Shown here piece by piece: positions 44,029 to 57,165 of a DNA stretch of 64,000 nt (position 1 is the stretch's first letter; each line of letters opens with the position of its first letter). The stretch lies in NCBI RefSeq assembly GCF_009914755.1, contig NC_060928.1; one strand, 5' to 3'. The notes under the pieces are model-generated. The model saw only the letters and a program-made list of their open reading frames with translations, was not told the DNA's origin and searched no databases. Position numbers and translations under genes: made by a program. The DNA is from the human T2T-CHM13v2.0 reference genome, Homo sapiens.

Positions 44029-46248
44029 AGTCAAATCTTAAAGCTCCAAAATGATCTCCTTTGAGCCCATGTCTCACATCCAGGTCATGCTGATGCAAGA
44101 GGTGGGTTCCCATGGTCTTGGGCAGCTCTGCCCCTGTGGCTTTGCAGGGTACAGCCTCCCTCTGGGCTGCCTTTACAGGCCAGTGTTGAGTGTCTGTGGC
44201 TTTTGCAGGCACACAGTACAAGCTTTCTGTGGATATACCATTCTAGGGTCTGGAGGACAGAGGCTTCTCACAGCTCCACTAGGCAGCACCCCAGTAGGGA
44301 CTCTTTGTGGGGGTTCACACCCCACATTAACCTTCTGCACTGCCCTAGCAGAGGTTCTCCCTGAGGGCCCCACCCCTGCAGCAAACTTTTGCCTGGGCAT
44401 CTAGGTGTTTCCATACATCTTCTGAAATCTAGGCAGAGGTTCCCAAACCTCAACTCTTGACTTCTGTGTACTTGCAGGCTCAATACCACATGAAAGCTCC
44501 CAAGGCTTGAGGCTTGTACTCTCTGAAGCCATGGCCAGAGCTCTACATTGGCCCCTTTCAGCCATGGCTGGAGTGGCTGGGACGCAGGGCATCAAGTCCC
44601 TAGGCTGCCCTGGAGACATGCCCTGGAGATATTTTCACCATTGTCTTGGGGATTAACATTTGGCTCCTTGTTACTTATGCAAATTTCTGTAGCCCGCTTG
44701 AATTTCTCCTCTGAAAATGGGATTTTCTTTTATATTGCGTTGTCAGGCTGCAAATTTTCTGAACTTTTATGCTCTGCTTCCCTTTCAAAATGGAATGCCT
44801 TTAACAGCACCCAAGTCACCTCTTGAATGCTTTGCTACTTAGAAATTTCTTCTGCCAGATAACCTAAATCATCTCTCTCAAGTTCAAAGTTCCACAAATC
44901 TCTAGGTCAGGGGCAAAATGCTGCCAGTCTCTTTGCTAAAACATAAAAAGAGTCACCTTTGCTCCAGTTCCCAACAAATTCCTCATTTCCATCCACCTCA
45001 GCCTGGATTTCATAGTCTATATCATTATCAGCATTTTGGTCAAAGCCATTTGACAAGACTCTAGGGAGTTCGAAACGTTCCTACATTTTCCTGTCTTCTT
45101 CAGAGTCCTCCAAACTGTTCCAACCTCTGCCTGTTACTCAGTTCCAGAAAGTTACTCAGTTCCTAAAGTGCTCCACATTTTTGGATATATTTTCAGTGGC
45201 GCTGCAATCCCCATAAGAATTTACTGTATTAGTTGGTTTACAAGCTGCTGAGACGGGGCAATTTACAAAAGAAAGAGGTTGAATGGACTTACAGTTCCAC
45301 ATGGCGAGGGAGGCCTCACAATCATGGTGGGAGGCAAGGAGGAGCAAGTAACATCTTATATGGGCGGCAGCAAGCTTGTGCAGGGAAAATTCCCTTTTTC
45401 AAAACCACCAGATCTTGTGAGACTTACTCACTATCACGAGAATAGTACAGGAAAGACCTGACTCCATGGTTCAATTACCTCTCACTGGACCCCTCCCACA
45501 ACACGTGGAATCCAAGATGAGATTTTGGCAAGGACTCAGCCAAACCATGTTAGTAACTGTTTGGGGTAACTTTTTTCTGAATAAGTTTTCATACAAACAA
45601 TTCATATTCATGATAGAAACTTGAAAAAATCAGAAAAATATAAAAGAGCAATTAAAATAACCCACAATTATACCTTGGGTTCACATTGTGTAATTTAACA
45701 CAGTGTATACAATTTAGTGTTCTGCCTTTTTCGTTATAGTGAAAATTTGTAGATAGTATATATTCTACAACAACAAGATTTTTAGTGTGCAACATTTCAT
45801 TATTTGCTTAACCATTACCCTATTGTTGGAGGTTTAGATTGTTTACAACTAGTTTTCTTTATTAAATATAAACATACTAATCCACATTCTTAATAATAGC
45901 AAATGTAGGCCAGTATTAGTTTATATTTAATAAACAGCAATTACTAGAGCAATTGCTACTGCATTTTGCCAAGCATTGTACTAAATACATGAATTATCTT
46001 ACTAAGTTTCATAATAATCCTATGAGAGAATTATTTTCCTTTTACAGATGATGAAACCAAGGATTACAGGCTAATTAAGGTGCTCACAGCAAGGAAAAAT
46101 CCTTTACCTCTAATTTATCTGACATAAATGTTCCAATATGGGTTTTTATGAATAAGTAAATGGGACTGTTCAAAGATTCCAAATGCCTGTAGAAATATGT
46201 AATTATTAGGTCCAAATTGAGAAATTTGAAGTTTTTCTCAATTCATTT

Positions 46249-46251
<3 letters not shown>

Positions 46252-46287
<36 letters not shown>
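46252..46287. repeat. (AT)18 microsatellite
   Basis: Directly visible. Confidence 0.95.
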
Positions 46288-46290
<3 letters not shown>

Positions 46291-47644
46291 GTTGTTTAAT
46301 GAATATTTAGCTGTTTTGTTGAGTGGGTATTTTTAACATTAGAAATTATTATTCTACTCCAATCAAATAACATGTTATACCCCTATAGTCCTTATTTTGT
46401 GGTCTACAGAAAATAGTAGGAACACAGGCTCCAAAACTGAGCCTTTCATTTTCATTAGCAGATAGTAAAGCCACTGTAATCAAGAGAAATAAAAAATGAG
46501 AGGTGGTGAAAATTCTTGATTTTACAATACTTGAATATATGCAGTGTTCACAGATTTTCAAGTACCTACAGAGATGAAACTAAGTTAAACTAGCTAGCTA
46601 ACCAGCTGAGGCTCTGCTCCCCACCGCTGTTTTAATGAATGGATAGGAATGATTTATAATCAGCACATTTTTTGATGGTATATAAAAGAGCTTGCTTCGA
46701 AAGCGCTTAAAGATGGTCGAAATGGTTTCCTAAGTAGTTGAACCTGTTTCTGTAGCAGAATACACACTTTTGAAATAGTGCCAAACTAGGTCAAGAAAGT
46801 CCCAATTAGAGAATTCAGAATTAAATGAAGCTTTAGAGTGCTCAATGACTCTAAAAAAAAAAGTACTAAAATACATACTGCCAAATCTTATCCAAACCTG
46901 AGGGATTAACTTTAATTTGTGAACATCCTGGAGCTAAACTCTATTAACTTGGGTACCCACCCAGTGGGTCAAGGAACAAAGTAAAAGCTAGAAGTAAGAA
47001 GTACTGAAATTTTAGTTACAAGTTTCATACAGGTAAACCCAAGGCGCTACAAATGAAGAATTAAAGGAATGAAAGGCGAAAGAATAAAGGGGCCAAAGAG
47101 GTGATCTCCTGAGAGCCTAGCCCCAAACTTCTATAGAGACTTAACTTCTGCTTTTCTGGACACGCGTGGGCACCCAGAACCCCGAATGGGGAGGAATGCT
47201 GTAGACGCCCTGCTGCCCTCCAGCCCGCGCGGCTGCGCGTCTCAGTCCACCCCTGGGGCGCGCGGCTGTCACCCAGGGCGGGGCGGCGCGGGCGTTGCCA
47301 CGACGCGGGCCGCGCGCGTCCCTGGCAGCCAACCCGTCCACGTCAAGGTTTGTTTAATAATCGCCAGGGTATCTATGGCCGGGCTCAGGCGGCTGCTGGG
47401 GAGCCAGGAGACCGCGCGGGACGGCGGATGAGGCGCGGCGGCTGCGGCCCAGGGCACCTCCCCTCTGGCTTCCCGAACCCGGCCAGGTCCGACCCGAGGG
47501 GGAGGATGGAAACACCTGCCGCGCTCTGAGCCCCCCAGAAGAGAACACCCTTCCCGCCATATCACCCCACGGTCCTGCGGAGGCCACCGCCTGGTCCCCC
47601 CAAGTCTCCATCGCGCAGCGTGGGGCCGAGAGGAATAGTGAGCG

Positions 47645-47731
47645 ATGGCGGAAAACCTGAAAAGACTGGTCTCAAACGAAACTTTACGAACGTTGCAGGA
47701 AAAGCTAGACTTCTGGCTGAAGGAGTACAAC
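47645..47731 (+). CDS. SPATA18: Mitochondria-eating protein (Mieap) exon 1 coding part (87 nt)
   Basis: GCGATGG Kozak; MAENLKRLVSNETLRTLQEKLDFWLKEYN; donor AAC|GTGAGT. Confidence 0.93.
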
Positions 47732-47896
47732 GTGAGTCTGGGTGAAAAACCCCCGGGGTTCGCCCTCCCATAGGTTCCAGCACAGCCCTTGTCGGGGATT
47801 TCTTAGGGCTGGAGTTGGTGGCCACTTTGCAAAGCCTCCGCGGTTGCGATTCCTAACCAGGATCTCAGCTTTCGACCGGGATCGCTGGGGAAGGAA

Positions 47897-47916
47897 GGAC
47901 ATGTGTGTACATGCCC
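47897..47916. promoter_or_regulatory. p53/p63 response element in SPATA18 intron 1
   Basis: GGACATGTGT GTACATGCCC: two RRRCWWGYYY half sites, zero spacer, one mismatch each, both CATG cores; SPATA18 is an established p53 target. Confidence 0.85.
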
Positions 47917-49984
47917 TTGTCTCAGAGCTTCGGGAGGCGGCGCGCAGGCGGCCTGCGGAGCGCAGCACTAGGCTGCGGAGACTGGAGAGTGCTTCCAATC
48001 AGTGGTAACTAAGGACGCCGGCGACCTAGCAATAGGGAAGCCCTGCTGTCCGCGGCTGGTCTGGTCATGCCTGCCACTCTTTCCCATCCCCCTTGCCAGC
48101 GCAATCCACACCGCCTGCTTCCCCAATCCCGAATTATTTTTTACTACAACCCTCTCCTGCCCAGGGTTTGTATCAGAATGGATTTGTATAAACACACACC
48201 CAGGAGTTATTTACCCAGAAATCAGCGAAACGGACACTTGTTAACGTTGCGGGTTTCACTTGCGTGCTGGTGGGCCTGGAAATTGAGGCACAGTTCCAAC
48301 ACCAGGGCGGATTCAGGCCTTTTTCCAGGCATTTGTGAGAAGCCAGTATTCTGTCACCAAACCCATGAGCACTTTTCAAATCTCATTAATCCCTACTCGC
48401 ACCCTGCCTCCCCATAATTCCCCCCTTCCCCCAAATAGAACGGTGAGTGTTGAATTTGCTTTACATTCGGTCGGTCCGTCTTAAATAGGGATTTCCCCTC
48501 TTACATAATAAGTGGAGCGGCCAGGCAAAAGAACTGTGGACCGGAAATTAGCCCCCCCTTGTTTCTACATTTGGCTCTGCATAGAACTAGCTGAATGACG
48601 GAGTCAAATTATTTAACTTCTCTTGGTCTTAGTACCTCATCTGTGAAATAGCAGAGATTGGTCTAGATGATATGTAAATTTCCTGTTCAGATTTTAAGTT
48701 TTTGAGCCTAGATTAGCTTGTTTCTGAGATCCTGCCTGTTATGAGGTCCTTAGGCTTCCCCATTCACCCTTTAACCAGTGCTCCTGAAGTGGAGGGGAGC
48801 TCAAAGAGCAGCTACAGCTTTCTCCTTAGCCTTCCTTTCTAGTGCTTCCTGTTCAGTCCTTTGCTCCCTTTTAAAGAACAAGCGCTGACCATTCCTTCTC
48901 CATTAAGAATTCTGGAAAGTTAAAATGACCTCTTTATCATAAAAGACTTGGGTTCCCCCCAACTAATTTTAAAAGTACCTACTACTTAGTCTCAGGAGGT
49001 TGAGAATAAGAAATTCTAACATGTATACAGTATTTACCCCTTTTTTTTTGCCCAGTGGCCTAACTAAACTCTGAATTTTAAAAAAACATGTTGTTTGTCA
49101 CAATGTTTATTACAAATAACACTAGGATTTGTCTGGAACTAATAAACAATTATTTTAGAAACTCCCTGTAAGTGATGAGAAGTGCCTTAGTTTATTACAT
49201 TTTCCTGTCTTGATAACATCCCATTCTCTGCTCTCATTAAAACCATTTCCATCCAGCTGTTTTCCCTTCATCTCTCTACAGTAGAGGCTGCACTCACAGC
49301 CACCAGTGTTTTTCATACCTTGTGGCCACTCCCCAGGTTCCATCATTTCTCTTGAGTTTGCAGGCATCATTATCACATTGGAATGTTGACACCTGTATTC
49401 TTCCCCCTCCACTCCTGCTTCATCTGTTACAAGTATGCTGATGAATCTTATTTCTATAGGATGTGTTCCCATCTGAGCTCTCACTTCTCCAACTGCCCAT
49501 TGGACATCTTTCAATAGTGAATGCTATTGAAATGCTCAGAATGCTCAAAGTCAAATCTGTCCAAAATGGAATTTAGCCTCTCCCATGCCCCAACCACAGG
49601 TCTCATTTTTCTAAGTCGTCTTCATCATTATATACTCCACTCCCTTTTCACCATCATAATCTGTTGGTTCTAACTTCAAAGTTCATACGGAATCTAAACA
49701 CTTTTCACCACCCCCACTGCTACCACCCTTCTCCATCCTTGATCATCTTTCACCTGGATTATTACAAAAATAACAACCCAAAGAGATGCTTCTAAATGTC
49801 AAGTCAGATCAAGTTACTCTTTTTGCAAGACACTCCAAATTTCCTATTTCAGTCAGAAGAAGCCAAAGCTCCTACAGTGACCTTCAAAGTCCTACACAAT
49901 TGTGCCCCTTTAAGCTCTTTAACCTTATCTGTTACTCTCTCCCTTGCTCAGCCCACTCCAGCAGTACCAGCTTTCTTGCTCGTC

Positions 49985-50185
49985 CTAGAGCAATGCTGTC
50001 CAATAGAACTTTCTATGATGATGGACAGGTTCTATATCTGCATTGTCCAATAAGGTGACTATTGGGCACTTGAAATGTGGCAAGTACACACTGAAGAACA
50101 GAATTTTTAATTTGACTTAAGTCCAATTTAAATTCAGATAGCCACATGCAGCTCATGGCTGCTGTCTCAGACAGCACAGTTCTAG
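49985..50185. mobile_element. MER3-like hAT element within L2 sequence
   Basis: gcaatgctgtccaatagaactttc...gacagcacag; ctag on both flanks. Confidence 0.65.
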
Positions 50186-50254
50186 AGATGTGGACATGCT
50201 TCTGCTTCAGGGCATTTGCACTCACTGTTTTCTCTGCCTGAAAAACTTTTCACC

Positions 50255-50958
50255 TGTTGATATTTGAGTGAGATAGTAACATCCTCACTTTCTTAGGAGA
50301 GCTTTATTTCTTAGAAAGGGTAGCAACCTGCAGGCTGGGAAGCAGGCCCCTGCTGAAACCAGAGGCAGGCACTTGGAGGTAGGAAAGGTAAGGCAGGAAT
50401 TAATGATGAATGGGTTGGCCACATGTATACATATTCAACAGGTAATATTCACGAAGGGGGAACGCTCACAAGCATAGTAAGCAAACATGCATGTTACGTT
50501 CATCCTATATTCATTTTGGGGTAGAAGCTTAACATTTAAATGTATTACAATTAGGCCCTATACATCAAAGGTGGAGGCAGGGACATGAAGGAACTTAGTG
50601 TACAGCCTCTGTGGACCGGCCAGAACCAGCCTATGGTCCGTGATCTCTTATCAAGAGAAAGTTACTGAAATCAGTCTCTTATCCAGTTGAAGTTGCAGTT
50701 ATGGACTGTGGAACGGGAGGGGATCAGTTAGTCAGAGTCTGGTGGTCAGTGAGTTGCAATTGTTTTAACATTGTTTATCTCGAGGCCAGTACTTGCTTAG
50801 CTACTAGATAAAAAGAAAAAACCTTTTGACAATTAGAACATGGTTGATTCTTTATGTGTAGGGGTATGTGACTTAATCCTTGCCTGGCATGACCTTAGGT
50901 CTTTATCTTATTGCTGTAAAGAGTCTGTTATATTAGTCTTAAGATCTCTATTTTAACA
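50255..50958. mobile_element. ERV1-class solo LTR (MER34/MER39-like), family uncertain
   Basis: accggccagaacc...cttatcaagagaaagttactgaaatcagtctct motif; ends ttttaaca. Confidence 0.5.
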
Positions 50959-53900
50959 GTAGCTTCATGCAGTCCAGAAAATTTTGCCTGTAACAGAACT
51001 AGCAGTATTTTTGCAGCAATCATGGTAGCCAAAGGAGGCTCTTAGCCCATATTTGTGTGACAGGGGTTAGTGACTTTAAAAGAACATGTCTTTATGTTAA
51101 TAATGTTGGTGGTTGTATTCCTGAATATTTTATTCTTTTCTATTAACTCTTGCTTTCCTGTCTGCACAAAGCCATTAGAATGTGTTTGAAGTTTACTTAT
51201 TTCAGTTCTACACTTATAACGTGGAAACTTCTTATTCATTTCCCTGCCTTCATTCATGCCCACTTCCAATCCAACTTTGATACAGCTGTTTGAAGCATCA
51301 TTTTTATGGCTCTCATTGCCAATACTAGTGATTCTCAACACAGGCAAGGCATTGTCCCCTAGAACATTGTTTTTAAAACTTACCTACAGGACTCAATGCA
51401 TTTTACTTCACAATATAGCACACATAAACCCTTATACTTAAAAACTCAAGTTTCATTAATAATTCTTACCTTTACTCATTGTGGTGTGTTTCTCTATTTT
51501 CTTTTTAGTATTATTTGCTGTTTGAGACTCACTAAATTGGTTTTGTTACCCACTAATGCTGTGGTTATCAATCTTCATTGCATATAGGAATTGTCTAAAA
51601 AGCTTTTATGTTTCCAATGACCAGGCCCCACGCGAGAGCAATTAAATCAATTTCTAGGAGTGGGAGCCCACAAAGCTCCTCAGGCAAAGGCTTTCCTGAA
51701 ACTTCGTGGCCCTTACCAGCTTCTCTTTTGAGTTTTACCTCTGAAATCTGGACCAATTTTTATTATAGTAAGTAGCATGTGTTTTTGCATTTATTTTCGT
51801 GTTTATCTTAGACTCTAAATTCCTCCAGGGCAGGAGACATTGTGTCCCTAGCATCTACTGCATAGTGGCGTCTCCATAAAATTTCTTGAGAGTATAAATG
51901 CATGAATAAACCATGCCCTTCTGCTTCTTGAAACCATCTGCTTCTTCGGCCTCCTTATTCTTCTTCATCTTGCTTCCTGGGTGTCCTCTCATTTCTGATT
52001 GCTCTTGTTTTGTTTTTTATTCACTGGCTCTTCTTACTCAGACCACTTCTGACATAGCAAAATTGCCCCTCATTCTGCCCTCAGCCCTCTCCTCACTCTT
52101 TCCTCTCCCTGGTAATCTCATCTGTGCATGTGGCTTCTGCACTCTCCCACTTGCTGAAGCCTCCCAAAGCCACACCTCCCAGTCCTGTCTCTCTTCTAAG
52201 CTCCAGACTTACTTTCCATCTGCTTTGGGGAAAGCATTGTGTTTGAGAGCTCAGCTCCAGTGCTGGAGGCTGCAGGAATGGGTCTCCACCATTGTCTCTT
52301 CAAATTACTTAATTTGTTTTTCCTCAGTGGTGAATTTTGGATGATGATGGCATCCCATTTGTAGGATTGTTCTGAGGATTAAATGGAGCCATGTATATAA
52401 AGCTCTTAGCACAGGGCCTGGCTGGCATATAGTAGGTGATCAGTAATTATTAGGTACCACTACTGGACATTCCATCCGAAGGTCCTGCAGGCCCCCTGAC
52501 TTGTTCAAACCCAAACTCAGGATCATCCCTCTCATACCTCTTACTCATTTCTAAACTCTCTGACCTTCTTAGGTAATGCTGAAATCGGTGGGACCTTTAC
52601 TGGCACAGGTGTAATTTGGGGCTGGGAAGGACCTTTGGGAGACCCTTAGTATGTCTATAGCCTCCAGCATCTCTCAGCTAGATGGTTATACCCATCTACC
52701 TCCCCACCAGACTCACCCTGTGACCCAAAGTCTATCTGGTCTGCTTTTGCCAGACAGATTTTTGTAACATGCAAAGCAAATATGAGCATGTCACACCCAC
52801 CTTCCTCTGTTGCATCCTTAAACATTTTGATGATGGAATAAAGCCCAAGACCCTTAATGTGGCAAGTCAAGTCTTTCAGACTTGGTCTCTGGACCCTGTA
52901 CTCACTTTCCGCTAATATGCCTTGGTGCCTTCTGTTCCTCCTCTTGAAATGCCCTTCCCTCTTACCCTTCACACCTCACCAGAGGTTATTTTTCTGCTCC
53001 TATAGCTTGTTATCCACACAGAGCACTTAATATAAACTCTAAGGTAATTATTTATCCCCTTGTTCTTATCTTGTTCTCCATCTCACTTCCCCATCTAATT
53101 AGTTCACTGACTGCAGGCAACTTTTTTTTTTTAATATAGCTTTGTTTCCTGAGCTTTGTTTCCAGGGCCTTACATATAATAGAAACTCAATGATTTATGA
53201 ATGAATAAATCTGGAGAGTCTGTGCTTTGGAGACAGTATAATTAGTCCATATCTTTGCTCTGGTTGTCTTGTGTGGGTATGTAAGTATGTGTTTACTAGA
53301 ATAATGTGACCCTATTGCAACTTGATTATCTTGTGCAATGCTTTGTGTTTAGAAGTTGCAGCATGTTGTAACATGTCTTGGGAAGGGGAACTGTGTGGCA
53401 TAGGATATTCTCTCCTGTTATTTAAGATGTGTTTAAAAACTCATTTGACCACCATTCCTCTGGGTACCCAGTATGTACCAGGCACTGGGCAAGGCATAGG
53501 AATAGATAGTAATGATACCACAATAATACTTCTAATTATTGTGTACCTCTTTTATGCTAGACTCTGCTCATGAGATCAGCTACCTCCTAAACAGAGGGAA
53601 ACAGAGCCTCATATTTAAATGTCTTTTCTAAGGGAATGCAGCTGATAAGTTGAGAACCAGATTTGAACAAAGGTCTGCCTTATTCCTAAGCCACTGGCTC
53701 CTTTCAATACTGCATGCTACCTCATAGGTGCCAATTGATGAACACCTTCTGTGTCTGAGGTGCTGGGCGTGTATTATTTTGATTTAATTCTAATGCTCCA
53801 CAAGGCATTATTATCCCCATTGCATGGGAGAGGAATGGGCTCAGAGAAGTTAAGTAACTTGTGCAGGGTCACATAGAACTGTGGCAAGCAGCAGAGCTGA

Positions 53901-54699
53901 GATACTCAGGTTTGCTTGACTCCCAAGCTCATTCTCCGTCCACTTAGCACATGGAATGATCTAGCCAGAGGGCAAAAGGCTTGTAAGCAGGTAATTGAAG
54001 TTCAGTGTAATAAGTGCAGGTATAAAATGGCCAGGGCAAGGAGCTGCTGAATTAACGAGGAAGAAATGGAGATAGCTGTTCAGGCTATGGGTTTTAAATG
54101 CTCTATCATGTCAACATTACACTGTTAAATTATTCATTCATCAACGTTGTTTAGACCCTTCAATTTGCTAGGATACTAGTGGCAATAGATACAAACATGA
54201 GCAAAGCAATATCATTTTTAAAAAGAACTCATGATCTTTTTGGGAGGAGAGATTAGATGGATGAGATGGAGAAAAAATGGCTGCAGGAGAAATCAATGCT
54301 ACAACAGAATTAGTCATCAGGTACCATTTACCAAGCATGGAAATTAACCCAGCTGCCCTCTCAGTTACAAGTCCATCCCATCCAAACTCCATGCCAGGTG
54401 CGAAAGGCTCTCCAGGTCAACTTGCCCTGCCAACCTCTAAATGTCCTTCTGTGCCTCTGCCACATTGACATATTCAAGGTTGCCAAACTTGTTCCTGTCA
54501 CAGAACCTTTGTCCTTGCTGTTCCCACTGCCTGGTAAGCTCTTTCCCTAGTGGTGTGCTTCCCTGAATCTTATAACCCAGGAATACTCAAGGGTCCCCTC
54601 CACAGAGAAGCCTTCCCTGGATGCCCTCCCCATTCACTCTTGGTTGCATCATCCAGTCCTCCATGTACTCCCAGCAAGAATCATGATCTAAAAGTCAGT

Positions 54700-54950
54700 A
54701 TAGTTTAGTAGTTAAGAGCATGGGCTCTGGAAGCTGGGCTGCTGGGGTCCAATCTCAGCTCTGATAATTTACTAGCTGGGTAGCCAAGAACCAGTTACTT
54801 AACCTCTCTGTGCCTCAGCTTTCTCATCTGAAATGGGAATGATAATAATAATTCTTCTAGCTCCTATTGTACTAGTGAGAGAATTAGCTGAGTTTATATA
54901 TGTAAAGCACTAATAGAGCCTGGCATATAGGAGAGATATAATAAATACAA
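54700..54950 (+). mobile_element. MIR
   Basis: gttaagagcatgggctctgga...ttacttaacctctctgtgcctcagctttctcatctg. Confidence 0.75.
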
Positions 54951-56358
54951 AGTGAGTGAATCATCTCATTTATATGCATCCATCCAATACACAATGATTC
55001 TGAATACAGGGGCACTGTAGAATGCAGGGGTGGGAATACAACAACCAACAGGACAGGCCCAGTCTCTGTCCTCAAGGAGCTTCTGCCTGTCTGAACCATT
55101 TCCTTGGTTGATGCAGATGTGCTTTTGACTTGTAAACTTTTGCCTAGAGATTATCTCAACTTTTCTCTTACTCCACTCCTAGTTTCTATCTGCCTTGTAC
55201 GCTGTTTTCTGTTCTGGGATTTGTTGTGTCCAGGAGGCACCAAGGACCGATGCCTTATTGAGCCCTGAGGTGACACATAAATCGATGCATTTTTACAACC
55301 ACATGATGTTTGTTGCTTGTAGTTGTATTCCTTCTTCTAATGTTGGAGTCAGTTAGAGATTTGGCTTATGTTGAAATGGTAGAATCTTTCAAAGGAATGA
55401 GGAAAGCAGAATAATAGCTAAAAGGTTCACTTCTTGGCCTCCTCATGTTTTGTTCTCATTGCTTAGAATGTTTCACAACCACTGGAACCACTTCCTTTTC
55501 CAAGTCTGGCTAATTTCACCTTGGACTAGATTTCACTTCCTCTTGGAAGCCTTCCCAGACTTTCCAAGACAATGGACTCTTGGGTAGAGCTTGCGCTCAT
55601 CTGTGTAGGTAAGACTTATTATTCCGCTGCAGAGTAACTGGCTATTCATCTGTCTGCCCCACGAGTCTGCAAGTGCCAAGTCCCTTATATCCTCAACCCA
55701 GCAATACCTTCTTGCTGTTAAGAAGTAATGTTCTCTATGCATATATAATATATACAAATTGAATTTATGTAGAGGACAGGAACCAATAAAGCAGGTAAAT
55801 TCGGCAGTCATTTGTATTGTCTTATAACAGGTCTATTTACTTTTTAAATGTATTTTTGTAGGGTTTTACTGAGTAGGATTATTGCTATAAAAAACAACCT
55901 CCAAATCTCAGTGGCTTACACACAAACCAACTTTCTCAACCATGTGACAATTCAGTGCAAGCATTCAGTCAGCAGCCTTGCAAATCTTGTGGCTCCACCA
56001 TCCCTTATGCCCTCAGCATCCTCTCTTGGCTCTTCTGCATTCAGTTGGCAGAAGGGAAAAGAAAAAAAAGTCATTCAAGAGGTTCTCTTCTGGGCCAGGC
56101 CCCAGGCATATATCACTTCCCATCCAGTTAACCAGAATTCAGTTACATGGCCACACGAACTGCTAGGGAAACTGTGAAATGTGGTCTAGTTTTGTGTCCA
56201 GGAGGAAAGGGAGATAGGTTTTGGTGACTACACAGCAGTCCTGCCACAAAAGCATACCAGAGCCAGGCAGCTCGTGGGTCAAGTGAGGCCCTGGTCTGTC
56301 TGCAGTGGGTCCCAGAGTGAAGTAATTACCCTGGTTATCTACTGTTTTGCCCTTGCAG

Positions 56359-56464
56359 ACAAACACGTGTGATCAAAATCTAAACCATTGCCTTGAACTC
56401 ATTGAGCAAGTTGCCAAGGTGCAGGGACAACTCTTTGGGATCCTCACAGCAGCAGCCCAAGAAG
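56359..56464 (+). CDS. SPATA18: Mieap exon 2 (106 nt)
   Basis: ttttgcccttgcag|ACA...GAAG|gtgaga; [35 protein letters not shown](G). Confidence 0.93.
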
Positions 56465-56599
56465 GTGAGAATGGCCTGTAATTTCCCATCCAGTTCTGCT
56501 TGCCTTTCTCTCTTTTCTTGGTGCTTTTTTGTGTTCTTTGACTGTTGGTGTGGTTGGGTTTCTCTCACTGACCTGATGACCTGATGTGTGTATTCTCTC

Positions 56600-56717
56600 T
56601 TTTTTTTTTAATTATACTTTAAGTTTTAGGGTACATGTACACAACGTGCAGGTTAGTTACATATGTATACATGTGCCATGTTGGTGTGCTGCACCCATTA
56701 ACTCGTCATTTAACATT
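56600..56717 (-). mobile_element. L1PA 3' terminal fragment abutting the exon 3 acceptor
   Basis: attatactttaagttttagggtacatg...gctgcacccattaactcgtcatttaacatt; compare the reverse complement of 2540-2645 in this window. Confidence 0.92.
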
Positions 56718-56721
56718 TTAG

Positions 56722-56837
56722 GAGGACGTAATGATGGTGTGGAAACAATCAAGTCACGCCTTTTGCCTTGGCTGGAGGCTTCCTTTACTGCTGCTTCCCT
56801 GGGAAAATCTGTTGACAGCAAGGTCCCCTCTCTGCAG
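56722..56837 (+). CDS. SPATA18: Mieap exon 3 (116 nt)
   Basis: ttttag|GA GGA CGT...CAG|gtaggg; (G)GRNDGVETIKSRLLPWLEASFTAASLGKSVDSKVPSLQ; phase matches exons 2 and 4. Confidence 0.92.
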
Positions 56838-57165
56838 GTAGGGATGCTGAAGGATAACCCTTGACTTTCTGAACAGTGAGATAAAACGAATCAGAAACCT
56901 CCAAGAGAAGAAGAGGACTTGATTTTGGTAGACTGATAGAGTGTCACAATTTGTGATGGATATTGGTGGTTTCCATGGGACGGTGTTAGTTTTTGAACAG
57001 GTAGAGATCAGACTAGAAAGAGCGCACATACCTTGCTTAAGGCATCCACATCATTACATCTGGGCAACCAAAACATTAGTTACTTTACTTTGAAACATTT
57101 ATATGGATTTACCTATAATCCTTTCTAAAACAGAAGCATTTAGAAAGCATTTAGTCTGTTCTGAG

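Larger units (their letters stand above)
47150..48120. promoter_or_regulatory. SPATA18: SPATA18 CpG-island promoter / exon 1 region
   Basis: CpG-dense; GC box gggcggggc; X-box-like CGTTGCCACGACG 47293-47305; CCACGTCA 47338-47345; TGTTTA 47351-47356. Confidence 0.85.

Noticed and set aside
47141-48417. Cluster of ORFs on both strands at the SPATA18 promoter
   Set aside because: GC-rich artefacts with no recognisable domains; only the true exon and ATG-initiated uORFs are kept.
56586-56864. 92-aa ORF running from L1 sequence into exon 3 in frame
   Set aside because: It starts at a non-ATG codon and none of the L1 AGs gives an in-frame extension; intron retention (257 nt) is also out of frame.
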